64,000 bases of DNA from an uncultured Candidatus Saccharibacteria bacterium (GTDB lineage Bacteria; Patescibacteriota; Saccharimonadia; Saccharimonadales; 2-12-FULL-41-12): contig CAMTWJ010000002.1 of NCBI GenBank assembly GCA_947085495.1, positions 38,599-102,598 on the forward strand, given 5' to 3'. A model generated the notes under the pieces. That model did not search any database, was not told where the DNA came from, and saw only the letters and a list, made by a program, of their open reading frames with translations. This document shows positions 43,103 through 53,862 of the stretch, in pieces. The position numbers were made by a program, and so were the translations under genes. Each line of letters starts with the position of its first letter. Position 1 is the stretch's first letter.

Positions 43103-44284
43103 CTACTTTCTTTCTAATACTACGAGTTCACGAGCGACAAATTGATCTGGTCGATGATAGATCAAATCACGTTCTTTAGCATGAACAAATTTAATACGAT
43201 TATACCCCAGTTTCTCGAGAGAATCAAGTACTGGCAGGTATGCAAAACTATTCAGAGTCTTCCAGGCCGGTATTGCGATGCACATTCGGAAGCCTGGTTG
43301 GGTCTGCCGAGCGATATTTTTTAAGAATTTTGTGTGGATGGTATCGCAATCTTGAATAATTTTTTTCAAAACTTCTGTACTCGGGGATGAAGAGAGTGGG
43401 CGGCCCAAGAATGTCTCTGCAGCCAAGACGCTGGGAATTGGGTCCCACTTGTGAGAGGTAGCGTCCCCTTGCTTAACAGATATAAGTTGTCCAGGGTAGT
43501 CGGCCTTTTCCTGGAGCCAAGCCATGTTCTTTTGTGAGTATTCAACCATTCGTTCGTCTAGGTCGGTGCCGATTGCTGAAGTGCCCATAAGCAGGGCTTC
43601 TTGCAATATTACGCCAGTACCGCAAAAAGGATCGAGCAGTGTAGTAGTCTCCTCGGGGGTTTTATTGCCCAGACTCAGGTTGATAATGATTTGAGCGAGC
43701 TTGGGCGGCAACATGCCAACTTTGCTGTCTCGGTAGGGGCGTTGTTGATCTCGGGCAGCGTAGCGTTCAATATCTTGCACAGCGATGCTCTGAGCCACAA
43801 TGGTTTTGTTGCCATCACGCATAAATACAAGTTCCCAGCCGAGCTTACCCGTTAATTGATTATGGAGTACTTGAGCACTGTTAAGATCGAGTTCTTTGTT
43901 TGGTACGAGGCGAACAGAACGGCCAGATTTGCGGATGTGTTTTTTGAGTTCTAGCCCAGTAGCCATAACTTCTTTTGGATTAGTCTTGAGGCCGTATACG
44001 CTTAGTCCCAAGCGAAGTTTGCCCTCTGGCAAACTGGCTGCATGACCGGGAGTAACATCAACTAAAAATTTATGGATACCACCCCAGCTAGTTGTGTCTA
44101 GGGTAGTGAGGATTTTGCAAAACTTTACCATACCACCGAGGCGAGCAAATCGAACTTCGTGAGGCTCAATGTTTACCACGGCAGCAGCATCAGCTATTGG
44201 GCGGATTTTGTCAGCGCCGTAGATGCTTTCGAGCTCTGCCAAACTCAGCGCAGATTGGCGTCCTAAAATAAATAAACTATCCAT
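43103..44284 (-). CDS. SAM-dependent RNA methyltransferase, Trm11/UPF0020-like
   Basis: MLPPKLAQIIINL and LLDPFCGTGVILQEALLMG (motif I), preceded by a ~190-aa N-terminal domain. Confidence 0.65.
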   Translation of the reverse strand: MDSLFILGRQSALSLAELESIYGADKIRPIADAAAVVNIEPHEVRFARLGGMVKFCKILTTLDTTSWGGIHKFLVDVTPGHAASLPEGKLRLGLSVYGLKTNPKEVMATGLELKKHIRKSGRSVRLVPNKELDLNSAQVLHNQLTGKLGWELVFMRDGNKTIVAQSIAVQDIERYAARDQQRPYRDSKVGMLPPKLAQIIINLSLGNKTPEETTTLLDPFCGTGVILQEALLMGTSAIGTDLDERMVEYSQKNMAWLQEKADYPGQLISVKQGDATSHKWDPIPSVLAAETFLGRPLSSSPSTEVLKKIIQDCDTIHTKFLKNIARQTQPGFRMCIAIPAWKTLNSFAYLPVLDSLEKLGYNRIKFVHAKERDLIYHRPDQFVARELVVLERK

Positions 44285-44309
44285 TAATACCTAGTATAAT
44301 GTTAAACAC

Positions 44310-45356
44310 ATGAGTGACGAAGAGAAAAAGCAGCGCACCAGTCGACGATGGCGACTAATTCTTACCTGGTTTACCCTGATAGCTCTTGTTTTTTTGGTCT
44401 TTTTCTTGCGAGATGAAATAGTTGATACGTTTGCAAATCTGCAGCAGGTACACTTGTGGATCTTGAGTTTTATTATTGTTTGGCAACTTCTTAATTACCA
44501 TAGCTACACAATTTTGTACCAGAGCCTGTTTGAAATATTAGGCAAAAAGCTCAAGTACCGGCCTCTGTATAAAATCATGTTGGAGCTTAACTTTGTAAAC
44601 CATGTATTCCCGAGCGCTGGAGTCTCGGGCTTTTCATACTTTGGAGTTCGAATGAAGACTCTTGGCGTGAGCCCCGGCAAGTCGACGCTTGTGCAGATGA
44701 TGCGGTTTATCACTACCTTTATTTCATTCCAAGCACTATTGTTCCTTGGCTTATTTGCATTGGCAATTAACGGTAAGGCCAACGACTTAACCCTCTTGGT
44801 TGCTAGCTCTATAGCAACTTTGGTGCTCGTGAGCACTTTGCTCATGGCTTATATCGTCGGTAGTCGCAGCCGTATCGATACATTTCTAACGCAGGCCACA
44901 AGATTTTTAAATCGATTGATACAGCTGGTGAGGCCAAAGCATCCGGAGACAATCAATATCAAATCTGCACGGGGGACGTTTTTGGAGCTGCACGAAAACT
45001 ACGTGATTTTGACGAAAGATTATAGCAAGCTAAAAAAGCCTCTGATCTGGGCATTTATAGCCAACTTCACCGAAGTAGCAACGATCTATACAGTCTATCT
45101 GGCTTTTGATTCGCCGGTAAATATCGGAGCAGTTATTTTGGCGTATGCCGTTGCTAATTTTGCAGGACTCATTTCGGTATTGCCGGGCGGCATTGGGGTG
45201 TATGAAGCGTTAATGACGGCAGTATTAGTAACGGCCGGCGTGCCAGCGGCGCTGAGTATCCCAGTAACGATCATGTATAGGATTTTGACCTTGGCCATAC
45301 AGTTGCCTCCAGGTTATTTCTTTTATCACCAAGCATTGAATAAAAAAGCAAAATGA
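44310..45356 (+). CDS. flippase-like / lysylphosphatidylglycerol-synthase TM-region (UPF0104) family membrane protein
   Basis: About 8 TM segments. The basic N-terminus and the LPGGIGVYEALM motif are typical of the family. Confidence 0.7.
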   Translation: MSDEEKKQRTSRRWRLILTWFTLIALVFLVFFLRDEIVDTFANLQQVHLWILSFIIVWQLLNYHSYTILYQSLFEILGKKLKYRPLYKIMLELNFVNHVFPSAGVSGFSYFGVRMKTLGVSPGKSTLVQMMRFITTFISFQALLFLGLFALAINGKANDLTLLVASSIATLVLVSTLLMAYIVGSRSRIDTFLTQATRFLNRLIQLVRPKHPETINIKSARGTFLELHENYVILTKDYSKLKKPLIWAFIANFTEVATIYTVYLAFDSPVNIGAVILAYAVANFAGLISVLPGGIGVYEALMTAVLVTAGVPAALSIPVTIMYRILTLAIQLPPGYFFYHQALNKKAK

Positions 45357-46465
45357 TAGGGAGTGCCCCCACGTTTTCGGCTTCAGAATTTGTCGCTGTC
45401 TTTAATCAGTCGGTAGAGATGATATATCCGAGCGTGCGGATAGTGGGAGAGCTTGCGAACTTTCGAGTGAGCAGGGGGCGCTGGGTCTACTTTGATCTTA
45501 AGGATGACTTCGCCAGCGTAAAGTTTTTCGGTGCTGTGCAGCAATTGCCAGGACCTTTAGAGGAAGGCTTGATACTGGAAGTTGATGGTCGGCCAAGACT
45601 TCATCCAAACTTTGGGTTTAGTGTGAACATCGATGAAGTGAGGGTTTCTGGCGAAGGTTCGATCCGCAAAGCGCAGGATCTGCTAGCACGAAAATTAACG
45701 AGCGAAGGTTTGTTTGATGAAGCTCGCAAACGTTCTTTGCCGTTTGCTCCCAAAAGAATTGGAGTGATATCTTCCAAAGAGTCAGCAGCCTTAGCAGATT
45801 TTCGTAAAATTATTGATGCTCGGTGGGGGAATATCGAAGTTCAACTGGCAGATGTTCAGGTGCAAGGAGCTGATTCGCCCAAGCAGATTGTTGAAGCGGT
45901 GCAGCTCTTTAACCAACTAGCAGAACCACCAGAAGTTTTGATATTAATTCGGGGAGGTGGAAGTGCGGATGATTTGGCTGCATATAGTACGGAGCCTGTG
46001 GTACGGGCAGTGGCTGCGAGTCGCATTCCTACGCTTGTGGCAATTGGGCACGAGACAGATCTAAGTTTGGCCGAGCTTGCTGCAGACAAGCGTGCTAGCA
46101 CCCCAAGCAATGCCGCAGAACTGTTAGTGCCAGATCGTTCTCATGAAAAAGCAGTCTTAGCCACGCAGGCCAAGAGTCTGAACGCAGCGGTTCAGCAAAT
46201 ATTTAAAAGCGAAGAGGTAAATCTACAAGTCACAAAAGAACATCTTGTAGAGCTTGTTCAGGGTTCATTTACTTCATCAGAAAGGTATCTTGAACGACAG
46301 GCAGAACTACTTCGTCTTCTGGATCCGAAAGCGCCACTAAAGCGAGGCTACGCCCTTGTTTATAAAGAGGGCAAGTTGGTCCGTTCCACTAAATCAGCTC
46401 AAAAAGGCGATGAGCTTCAGGTCACACTGCAAGATGGTATGATAGAAGTAAAGGTAGATAAATAA
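45353..46465 (+). CDS. xseA: exodeoxyribonuclease VII large subunit
   Basis: RIVGELANFRVSRGRWVYFDLKDDFASVKFFG (OB fold), GVISSKESAALADFRKII and IRGGGSADDL. Confidence 0.92.
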   Translation: MIGSAPTFSASEFVAVFNQSVEMIYPSVRIVGELANFRVSRGRWVYFDLKDDFASVKFFGAVQQLPGPLEEGLILEVDGRPRLHPNFGFSVNIDEVRVSGEGSIRKAQDLLARKLTSEGLFDEARKRSLPFAPKRIGVISSKESAALADFRKIIDARWGNIEVQLADVQVQGADSPKQIVEAVQLFNQLAEPPEVLILIRGGGSADDLAAYSTEPVVRAVAASRIPTLVAIGHETDLSLAELAADKRASTPSNAAELLVPDRSHEKAVLATQAKSLNAAVQQIFKSEEVNLQVTKEHLVELVQGSFTSSERYLERQAELLRLLDPKAPLKRGYALVYKEGKLVRSTKSAQKGDELQVTLQDGMIEVKVDK

Positions 46466-46650
46466 TGGCAAAGTATCAGGAATTAAAGGGGCAGCTCGAC
46501 GAAATTATTGAACAGCTAGAGCGTGAAGATATTGATATCGATGAGGCAGTAAAGCTACACGAGCAAGGGCAAAAGGTTGTTGCTGAACTCGAAACATATC
46601 TGGCCAAAACAAAACACAAGTTCGAGGTTATTAAAAAGGGCAAAGCGTGA
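46465..46650 (+). CDS. xseB: exodeoxyribonuclease VII small subunit
   Basis: 61 aa. LDEIIEQLEREDIDIDEAVKLHEQGQKVVAELETYL. Start overlaps the xseA stop. Confidence 0.9.
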   Translation: MAKYQELKGQLDEIIEQLEREDIDIDEAVKLHEQGQKVVAELETYLAKTKHKFEVIKKGKA

Positions 46651-47132
46651 TCATTGTTGTTGCGCTTGTTTTGGTTGGGGCATTATTTTGCGGAGCAGTG
46701 TTTTTTGGAGCACCGTACTTGCCAACCTTGAAGCCGCAAATACACGAAGCCTTGGATTTGCTTGACCTAAAGCCGGGGCAAATCATGATCGAGCTTGGCT
46801 CTGGCGACGGGCGAGTACTTAGGGCAGCTGCAGAAAAGGGGATACACGTAGTTGGATACGAGATAAATCCATTCCTGGTAGTTGTTTCGTACTTTGTGAC
46901 TTTGAAGTATCGCAAACAAGTTACCATTGTCTGGGGTAACTTTTGGCGAAAGAAATTGCCCAAAAGCGATGCAGTTTTTGTGTTTCTCCTAACTCGCTAT
47001 ATGAGTAAACTCGACTCAAAAATGAAAGATTACTCTTATAAACCAATCAAGGTAGCGAGCGTAGCATTCCAGATCCCAGACAAAAAACCAGCCCAAAAAA
47101 AGGGCGGCGTGTTCTTGTATATGTATAAATAA
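46647..47132 (+). CDS. small membrane-anchored class I SAM-dependent methyltransferase
   Basis: GTG start overlapping the xseB stop. N-terminal TM segment and IMIELGSGDGRVL..VVGYEINP. Confidence 0.7.
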   Translation: MIIVVALVLVGALFCGAVFFGAPYLPTLKPQIHEALDLLDLKPGQIMIELGSGDGRVLRAAAEKGIHVVGYEINPFLVVVSYFVTLKYRKQVTIVWGNFWRKKLPKSDAVFVFLLTRYMSKLDSKMKDYSYKPIKVASVAFQIPDKKPAQKKGGVFLYMYK

Positions 47133-47171
47133 AGTTGCACACGCACCCCATATTCAGTTACCATTAGCACT

Positions 47172-47816
47172 ATGAACGAGCGAGGTTCGCTAAATATTCT
47201 CTTGATCCCATTGATCTTTGCGGTGCTGTTTTTCTTTGGCGCAGCTGGTTTTGGTGCGTGGGCATACATGGAACGACAAGATTATAAAGATAACAGCGAT
47301 AAAAAATCGACAGCAGCAGTAGCCGTAGCGGTAAATAAAACCAAGAGCGAAAAAGATAATGAATTTGCAGAGAAAGAAAAAGAGCCACTCAAGTCATACG
47401 TGGGGCCAGAGTCGTTGGGTAGCATTACATTCCAATATCCTAAGACCTGGAGTACCTATGTCAGTCAGCCTGCGAACAATACGATAACAATCTTATCTAA
47501 CCCAGATATAGTAGTTGGCGGACAAAGTTCTTCGTACGCTCTGCGAGTAGAAGTAGTTAGCCAGACATATGACACTGTCGTAGGTACCTTTGATAACGCA
47601 GTAAAAACTAAGAAGGTGACGGCTACCGCATATGCGCTTCCGAAGGTTCCGAAAACGGTAGGACTTCGCTTTGATGGAGCAATTGCCACAGATAGACAAG
47701 GTGCTATTGTGATTCTGCCACTTCGTGACAAAACGGTTAAGATTTCTGTAGAGTCTACTAATTATCTCAAAGATTTTAACGGCATAATTTTGCCAAACTT
47801 TACCTTCAGTCCATAG
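47172..47816 (+). CDS. hypothetical membrane-anchored protein
   Basis: One N-terminal TM segment, then a ~170-aa beta-rich-looking domain. No motif recognised. Confidence 0.55.
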   Translation: MNERGSLNILLIPLIFAVLFFFGAAGFGAWAYMERQDYKDNSDKKSTAAVAVAVNKTKSEKDNEFAEKEKEPLKSYVGPESLGSITFQYPKTWSTYVSQPANNTITILSNPDIVVGGQSSSYALRVEVVSQTYDTVVGTFDNAVKTKKVTATAYALPKVPKTVGLRFDGAIATDRQGAIVILPLRDKTVKISVESTNYLKDFNGIILPNFTFSP

Positions 47817-47857
47817 CTCCCGCCGTGCTATACTTTAGAGAGTAAAAGCGAGGGTAA

Positions 47858-48583
47858 TTGATCTTGGGCGATACGCAAACCGTGGAGGTGGCAAACCTTA
47901 AATCCGACAAGGTTTTAAAGGCGCTAATTCGTGAGCTTAAGAACCCGCTGCTGTTGGTGGCCCGTTCGAGTGAGCTAGCAGCAAAAGACGGCTCTGCAGT
48001 AGACTTTGCAGAGATTGAAAAGACAGCCGAGCAAGCACTCCAGCTGATAGACAATTATCTCTTGAGCGCACAGAGTGAGTATGGACAGAAACAACTGCAG
48101 CTAGAGCCAATTAGTCTGGGCTCTATATTTTATGATGTAGCAAACGAGATTAATGCTCTGGCTAAGGCTAACAATTATGAGCTGCAGGTAGATACTCGTC
48201 ATACGGCTCCTGTTATGGTGGATCCACAAGCCGCTCGCACAGCGCTTGGTAGCTTGAGCCAGATTATGATGATCCCAAACCAAGATAAGAGGGCAAAAAT
48301 TTTGCGCCTCACTGCGTTTAAAAAATCAACCAGCGAAGTGGTGGCAGGAGTGTTAGTGCCCGGTTCAGAAGGCTTCACGGAGTCTGAACTGGCAGCTGCC
48401 GATAGACTGCAGGGTAGTACTGTGACCGTGCTCGGCAAGGGGTCTGTCAGTAGTGGGATACACTTGGCTATTGCGCAAAGCTTGGCAGAAGCCATGGGCG
48501 GACAGGTCCTTCCGGTAAAGCGACTTCGCATGAAGGGCCTCGGCATGCAACTTATCAAGAGTGAACAGCTAGCATTGGTATGA
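47858..48583 (+). CDS. cytoplasmic histidine-kinase-like protein with a degenerate H-box (His to Arg)
   Basis: TTG start. KALIRELKNPLLLV aligns to the SHELRTPL H-box, with Arg25 (47930-47932) in place of His. DHp-like helices. The ATP-lid motifs are degenerate. Confidence 0.6.
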   Translation: MILGDTQTVEVANLKSDKVLKALIRELKNPLLLVARSSELAAKDGSAVDFAEIEKTAEQALQLIDNYLLSAQSEYGQKQLQLEPISLGSIFYDVANEINALAKANNYELQVDTRHTAPVMVDPQAARTALGSLSQIMMIPNQDKRAKILRLTAFKKSTSEVVAGVLVPGSEGFTESELAAADRLQGSTVTVLGKGSVSSGIHLAIAQSLAEAMGGQVLPVKRLRMKGLGMQLIKSEQLALV

Positions 48584-48960
48584 AGGTCTTACTCATAGAG
48601 CCGCAGAATGATTTTGCTCGAGTGATTAGCAAAAGCCTAGAGCTTAGTGACATCGAGGTGCTACACGCAGTAAATGCGCAAGCTGCCGTGCACGAAGCAG
48701 AACAGGGTATTGATGTGGTGGTGCTGGAGCTAGCGTTGCCGGGCCACAACGGCTTAGAATTTTTGTATGAGTTTCGCTCGTATAACGACTGGCGGCACAT
48801 CCCCATAGTTATGTATACCCATATTTCTAGCGAAGAAGCTGGTTTTAATGCTGAGATCTACGAGCGGTTTGGAATTGCTGCGCATTTGTATAAACCAACA
48901 ACTTCTTTAAAGAAGCTCGAGGATGCCATTCGAGGAGCTGCGCTTGAACCAGTTCGTTAG
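48580..48960 (+). CDS. receiver-like protein with the phospho-acceptor Asp replaced by Glu
   Basis: Start overlaps the upstream stop (ATGA). KVLLIEPQ replaces the acidic DD pair and VVVLELALPGHNG replaces DxxMPxxDG. The conserved Thr (MYTH) and Lys (LYKP) are kept. Confidence 0.65.
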   Translation: MKVLLIEPQNDFARVISKSLELSDIEVLHAVNAQAAVHEAEQGIDVVVLELALPGHNGLEFLYEFRSYNDWRHIPIVMYTHISSEEAGFNAEIYERFGIAAHLYKPTTSLKKLEDAIRGAALEPVR

Positions 48961-49636
48961 TAAGGGTCTTGTCTTGCACCGAATTAACTACGGGGAGAAA
49001 GATCGTATTCTCACGCTGCTTTTAAATGATAAAGGCAAGGTGCGAGTGCTGGCTAAAAGCGTGCGGTCCAGCAAGAGTAAGCTAGCTGGAGGCATAGAGC
49101 TGTTTAGTGAAAGCACGGTGGGGCTGGCTAAGAGCAGGAGCGAATTATACGTGTTAACTTCGGGTCGCCTCGACAGGCATTTTGGGAATATTGCCAAAGA
49201 CTTGCAGAGAACAATGCTGGGGTATGAGCTGCTAAAAATTATTAACAAGTTGTGTGAAGATGGATCGGGTGAAGACTTTTACCCGATACTTGTAAGCAGC
49301 CTAGAAGGCCTGGATGGCGTGGGGATAGATAAAGAGGTTACCGAGCTTTGGTTTAACGTGCAGGTTTTGCACGAAATCGGTAGCTTGCCCAATCTTCAAA
49401 CTGCGCCAAATGGCACTGATCTTGAACAAGCAAATATGTACTCGTTCGATTACGACACGCAGTGTTTTGCCCCAAATGACAGAGGTAGTTTTACGCAAAA
49501 TCATATCAAATTGCTTCGGCTTATCCTGAGTACAAAAAATCCACGAGTGTTGGTTCAGATTGAGAATATGGCAGAGCTAGTGCCCGCTACGCATAAGCTG
49601 TCTCGCCAGCTCATCGAGCTGCATGTACAGCGGTAA
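48923..49636 (+). CDS. recO: DNA repair protein RecO
   Basis: GLVLHRINYGEKDRILTLLLNDKGKVRVLAKSVRSSKSKLAGGIELFSE (OB fold). The start overlaps the previous gene by 38 nt and is uncertain. Confidence 0.85.
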   Translation: MPFEELRLNQFVSKGLVLHRINYGEKDRILTLLLNDKGKVRVLAKSVRSSKSKLAGGIELFSESTVGLAKSRSELYVLTSGRLDRHFGNIAKDLQRTMLGYELLKIINKLCEDGSGEDFYPILVSSLEGLDGVGIDKEVTELWFNVQVLHEIGSLPNLQTAPNGTDLEQANMYSFDYDTQCFAPNDRGSFTQNHIKLLRLILSTKNPRVLVQIENMAELVPATHKLSRQLIELHVQR

Positions 49637-49678
49637 CTATATGCTACCAGCCGTAACTGGGGTATAATTGGGGCAATT

Positions 49679-50977
<1,299 letters not shown>

Positions 50978-51020
50978 AGCATCTGCTACAATGGTGTAGT
51001 AAAGATTTAAAAACAAACAT

Positions 51021-51944
51021 ATGCTCCCACAATGGTTTCTGATAGCTCTTATAGCGCCGCTGATTTGGTCGGCTACGTATCATATTGATAAGATTGCCAT
51101 TACAAAGTTTGGCCGTGGGGTCAAAAATATACAGCTAGCAATTGTTACTGGTCTGAGCGGATTTTTTGTCATTTTAGTACTGTTAGCTCTAGACCCTAGC
51201 AAGATTAATGCTGGGTGGGAGATGAAGCAAATAGTCCCGGCTTTTGCGGGTGGTCTGTGTTATTTGCTAGGTCTATTCTTCTACTTCATAGGAATTAGCA
51301 AGGAAGAAGCAACTAGGGTTGCGCCTCTTTATTCGTTCTCTCCAGTTATTGCAATTATTCTTGGATCGGCTCTATTGGGTGAGCAGATTTCACCCATTCA
51401 TGCAGTAGGCATATCAGTTGTTGTAGCAGGCGGCGTCTTGGTCGATAGTCGAGTTGTGCGCCATATATTTAGAGTTAATTGGCAAGTTTTACTAACTATA
51501 CTGCTATCATCGACATTCTTTGTATTAGGTAGCATTGGGTTTAAGAAAGCAGGTGACTTTTTAGATTTTCAGAGTAGCTTAGTCTGGTTCTTTGCTGGTT
51601 CTGTGCTTGGAAGTTTATGTCTTTTGTTGCCGCCCACAAATAGGAAGAATTTCCTAAAGCTCTTTAAGACTTCGAAAAAGAAGAAGCTCGTGGGTGTAAT
51701 GGTTTTGAGTAACCTGCTTGGTAATATTGGCAGGGCCGCACACAACTACGCAATATTACTTGTTCCTATTGCTTTTGTTCAGACGATAGAAGCATTTGAA
51801 TCAGCTTTTGTGCTAGCGATCGCAATCCTTCTGATGCGATTTTTTAATGGTTTAGAGCCAGATGATTTATCTAGAAAAGTTCTATTGCAAAAGTCTTTGT
51901 CGGTCGGTGTGATTATCACTGGCTCTTTAATGCTCACTCTGTAG
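51021..51944 (+). CDS. EamA/DMT-family transporter
   Basis: 307 aa, about 10 TM segments in two repeated halves. Confidence 0.7.
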   Translation: MLPQWFLIALIAPLIWSATYHIDKIAITKFGRGVKNIQLAIVTGLSGFFVILVLLALDPSKINAGWEMKQIVPAFAGGLCYLLGLFFYFIGISKEEATRVAPLYSFSPVIAIILGSALLGEQISPIHAVGISVVVAGGVLVDSRVVRHIFRVNWQVLLTILLSSTFFVLGSIGFKKAGDFLDFQSSLVWFFAGSVLGSLCLLLPPTNRKNFLKLFKTSKKKKLVGVMVLSNLLGNIGRAAHNYAILLVPIAFVQTIEAFESAFVLAIAILLMRFFNGLEPDDLSRKVLLQKSLSVGVIITGSLMLTL

Positions 51945-51961
51945 TCTGCTACAATTGAGTT

Positions 51962-52237
51962 ATGAAGATTGAGGCGAAAACAGTTTTTGTTGATGTCAGG
52001 GAGCCAGAAGAGTATGCTCGGGGGCACGTAGAAGGTGCGATAAATGTGCCGCCTGCAGAGGTTATGGCAGGCTCGGATAAACTAAAAGATTTACCAAAAG
52101 ATACGCCGCTGGTTTTGTACTGTGTAAGCGGCAGTCGTTCTAATGTGACAAAGAATATTTTGCAATCTCAGGGTTTTACCAACATAACCAATGGCATCAA
52201 CCAAAGACAGGTTGAAGTAAAGTATTTTGCTGGGTAG
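51962..52237 (+). CDS. single-domain rhodanese-like sulfurtransferase
   Basis: VDVREPEEYARGHVEGAINVP and the active-site loop LYCVSGSRS. Confidence 0.85.
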   Translation: MKIEAKTVFVDVREPEEYARGHVEGAINVPPAEVMAGSDKLKDLPKDTPLVLYCVSGSRSNVTKNILQSQGFTNITNGINQRQVEVKYFAG

Positions 52238-52244
52238 CTAGTTA

Positions 52245-52511
52245 CTAGCAGCTTTGAATACTGATAGCCACTTCTCGGGGTGTGCCAGAGGGCATAGGAC
52301 GTTCGTGGTCTTTGCCGATTGGCTCGATACTTACTGCAAGAGAGTCCTGAGATAGACCAGACTCGTTAGCAGAGGCTGCGATGTGCCCAACTTCTGCAGC
52401 GATTGCACTGGGGTTAATTTTTGTACTGCGCTCCGGGCATACACTCATAGGTGCGCCAGAAACCATGCTGTCATATACGGCAGGGTTCTCAAATTTAGGT
52501 AGGCGGGTCAT
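52245..52511 (-). CDS. hypothetical small protein (88 aa)
   Basis: Start moved to ATG 52511, which has a GGAG 8 nt upstream. No motif recognised. Confidence 0.45.
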   Translation of the reverse strand: MTRLPKFENPAVYDSMVSGAPMSVCPERSTKINPSAIAAEVGHIAASANESGLSQDSLAVSIEPIGKDHERPMPSGTPREVAISIQSC

Positions 52512-52624
52512 TGTTTGTCTCCAAATTTTATAAATAAATACAACGATACGCTTGCTGTAGGCAGATGTCAAATAAAGCAGAAGTCGAGGTGGTATACTTA
52601 AATTATCAAAAAGAGGAGGGGCGT

Positions 52625-53023
52625 GTGGATATTCTAATCAAGTATGCAGTAGCGGCAGTCGTGTTTGCTGGTGTCGATTTTGTGTGGTTAGGTTTTGTAG
52701 CTAATAAATTTTACAAATCACAGATTGGTTCGTTGCTGCTCGACAAACCAAACTTTCCTGCAGCTATTTTGTTTTACGCAGTATTTTTAGCTGGTTTAAT
52801 ACTTTTTGTTATTAACCCTGCACTTAAGGCGGATGACTGGAAGCTCGCACTTGGTTTGGGCGCAGCATTTGGTTTTGTTACCTATGCAACATACGATCTA
52901 ACAAACTTAGCGACGCTTAAGGGTTATACCACAACATTGACAGTCGTTGATATGCTGTGGGGTACATTTTTGACGGCGACGGTTAGCGTGGTTTCGTTTG
53001 CTATCTTAAGTAGAGTCCTCTAA
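52625..53023 (+). CDS. DUF2177-like membrane protein
   Basis: GTG 52625 is preceded by AGAGGAGGGG. The VDFVWLGF..FYKSQIG pattern is as I recall for DUF2177. Four TM segments. Confidence 0.6.
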   Translation: MDILIKYAVAAVVFAGVDFVWLGFVANKFYKSQIGSLLLDKPNFPAAILFYAVFLAGLILFVINPALKADDWKLALGLGAAFGFVTYATYDLTNLATLKGYTTTLTVVDMLWGTFLTATVSVVSFAILSRVL

Positions 53024-53025
53024 CT

Positions 53026-53808
53026 GTGAGTGACGCAGGTCTGTTGGCTCTTTCTTGGCTGGCTGGGTTTGTGTTCTTGTGCGCAGTCTTTTGCTATGCG
53101 TTTACCCAAAAACGCTATGACGTCATTGATAGTGCGTGGGGCATGACTTTTATTGTTATGGCGCTTACGAGCTTTGTGCTTTCAGAAAAAACAACCGTAG
53201 GATTGTTGCTGACAACCTTGGTGGTCGTTTGGGGTTTGCGTTTGTCGTCGCATATTTTTAGACGTTTTTTGGCTTCGTCTTCTGAAGACCAACGGTATGT
53301 TGAGCTGAGAAAAAAGTGGCGGGGCAGCATTGCTGTGAACACGTTCTTTAGGATTTATGTTGTTCAGGCAGTCCTGGCATTTTTGGTATCTATACCGGTG
53401 TTAATAGCAAATCTGAACACCGATAATGATACATCTTTACTTATTATTGTTGGTCTGGCTATTTGGGTATTTGGCTACGCTTTTGAGATAGTCTCCGACA
53501 AGCAGCTCAAAGACTTCGTAACGAATCCCAAAAACAAAGGCAAGCTTATGACAGAAGGGCTATGGCAGTATAGTAGACACCCTAATTATTTTGGTGAGAT
53601 TACTCTGTGGTGGGGGATTTTTATTATGTCTTTTGCCGCAACGGGGCTTTGGTGGGCAATTATTGGCCCGATTACTATCACGCTCCTCATACTATTTGTA
53701 TCGGGTATTCCGCCTAGTGAGAAACGATTTGCAGGTCGCCCAGGTTGGGAAGAGTATAAAGCTAAAACGAGCGTGCTGATACCGTTGCCCAAAAGCACCC
53801 GAAGCTGA
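53026..53808 (+). CDS. DUF1295 / steroid-5-alpha-reductase-like membrane protein
   Basis: GTG start. The C-terminal motif is GLWQYSRHPNYFGEITLWWG. Confidence 0.75.
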   Translation: MSDAGLLALSWLAGFVFLCAVFCYAFTQKRYDVIDSAWGMTFIVMALTSFVLSEKTTVGLLLTTLVVVWGLRLSSHIFRRFLASSSEDQRYVELRKKWRGSIAVNTFFRIYVVQAVLAFLVSIPVLIANLNTDNDTSLLIIVGLAIWVFGYAFEIVSDKQLKDFVTNPKNKGKLMTEGLWQYSRHPNYFGEITLWWGIFIMSFAATGLWWAIIGPITITLLILFVSGIPPSEKRFAGRPGWEEYKAKTSVLIPLPKSTRS

Positions 53809-53862
53809 CAATAAAACGCTTATGATTGCTGTCGGCCCTTAACAGGAGTAGGATTAGATATT

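Noticed and set aside
43103-44284. A possible non-canonical motif IV (AAETFLG instead of D/NPPY/F) in the Trm11-like methyltransferase.
   Set aside because: I cannot align motif IV reliably by eye, so I made no claim about altered catalysis.
47172-47816. A type IV pilin-like N-terminus (RGSLNILLIPLIFAV).
   Set aside because: It lacks the G/FTLIE cleavage-site consensus and the conserved Glu5. It is more simply a signal-anchor.
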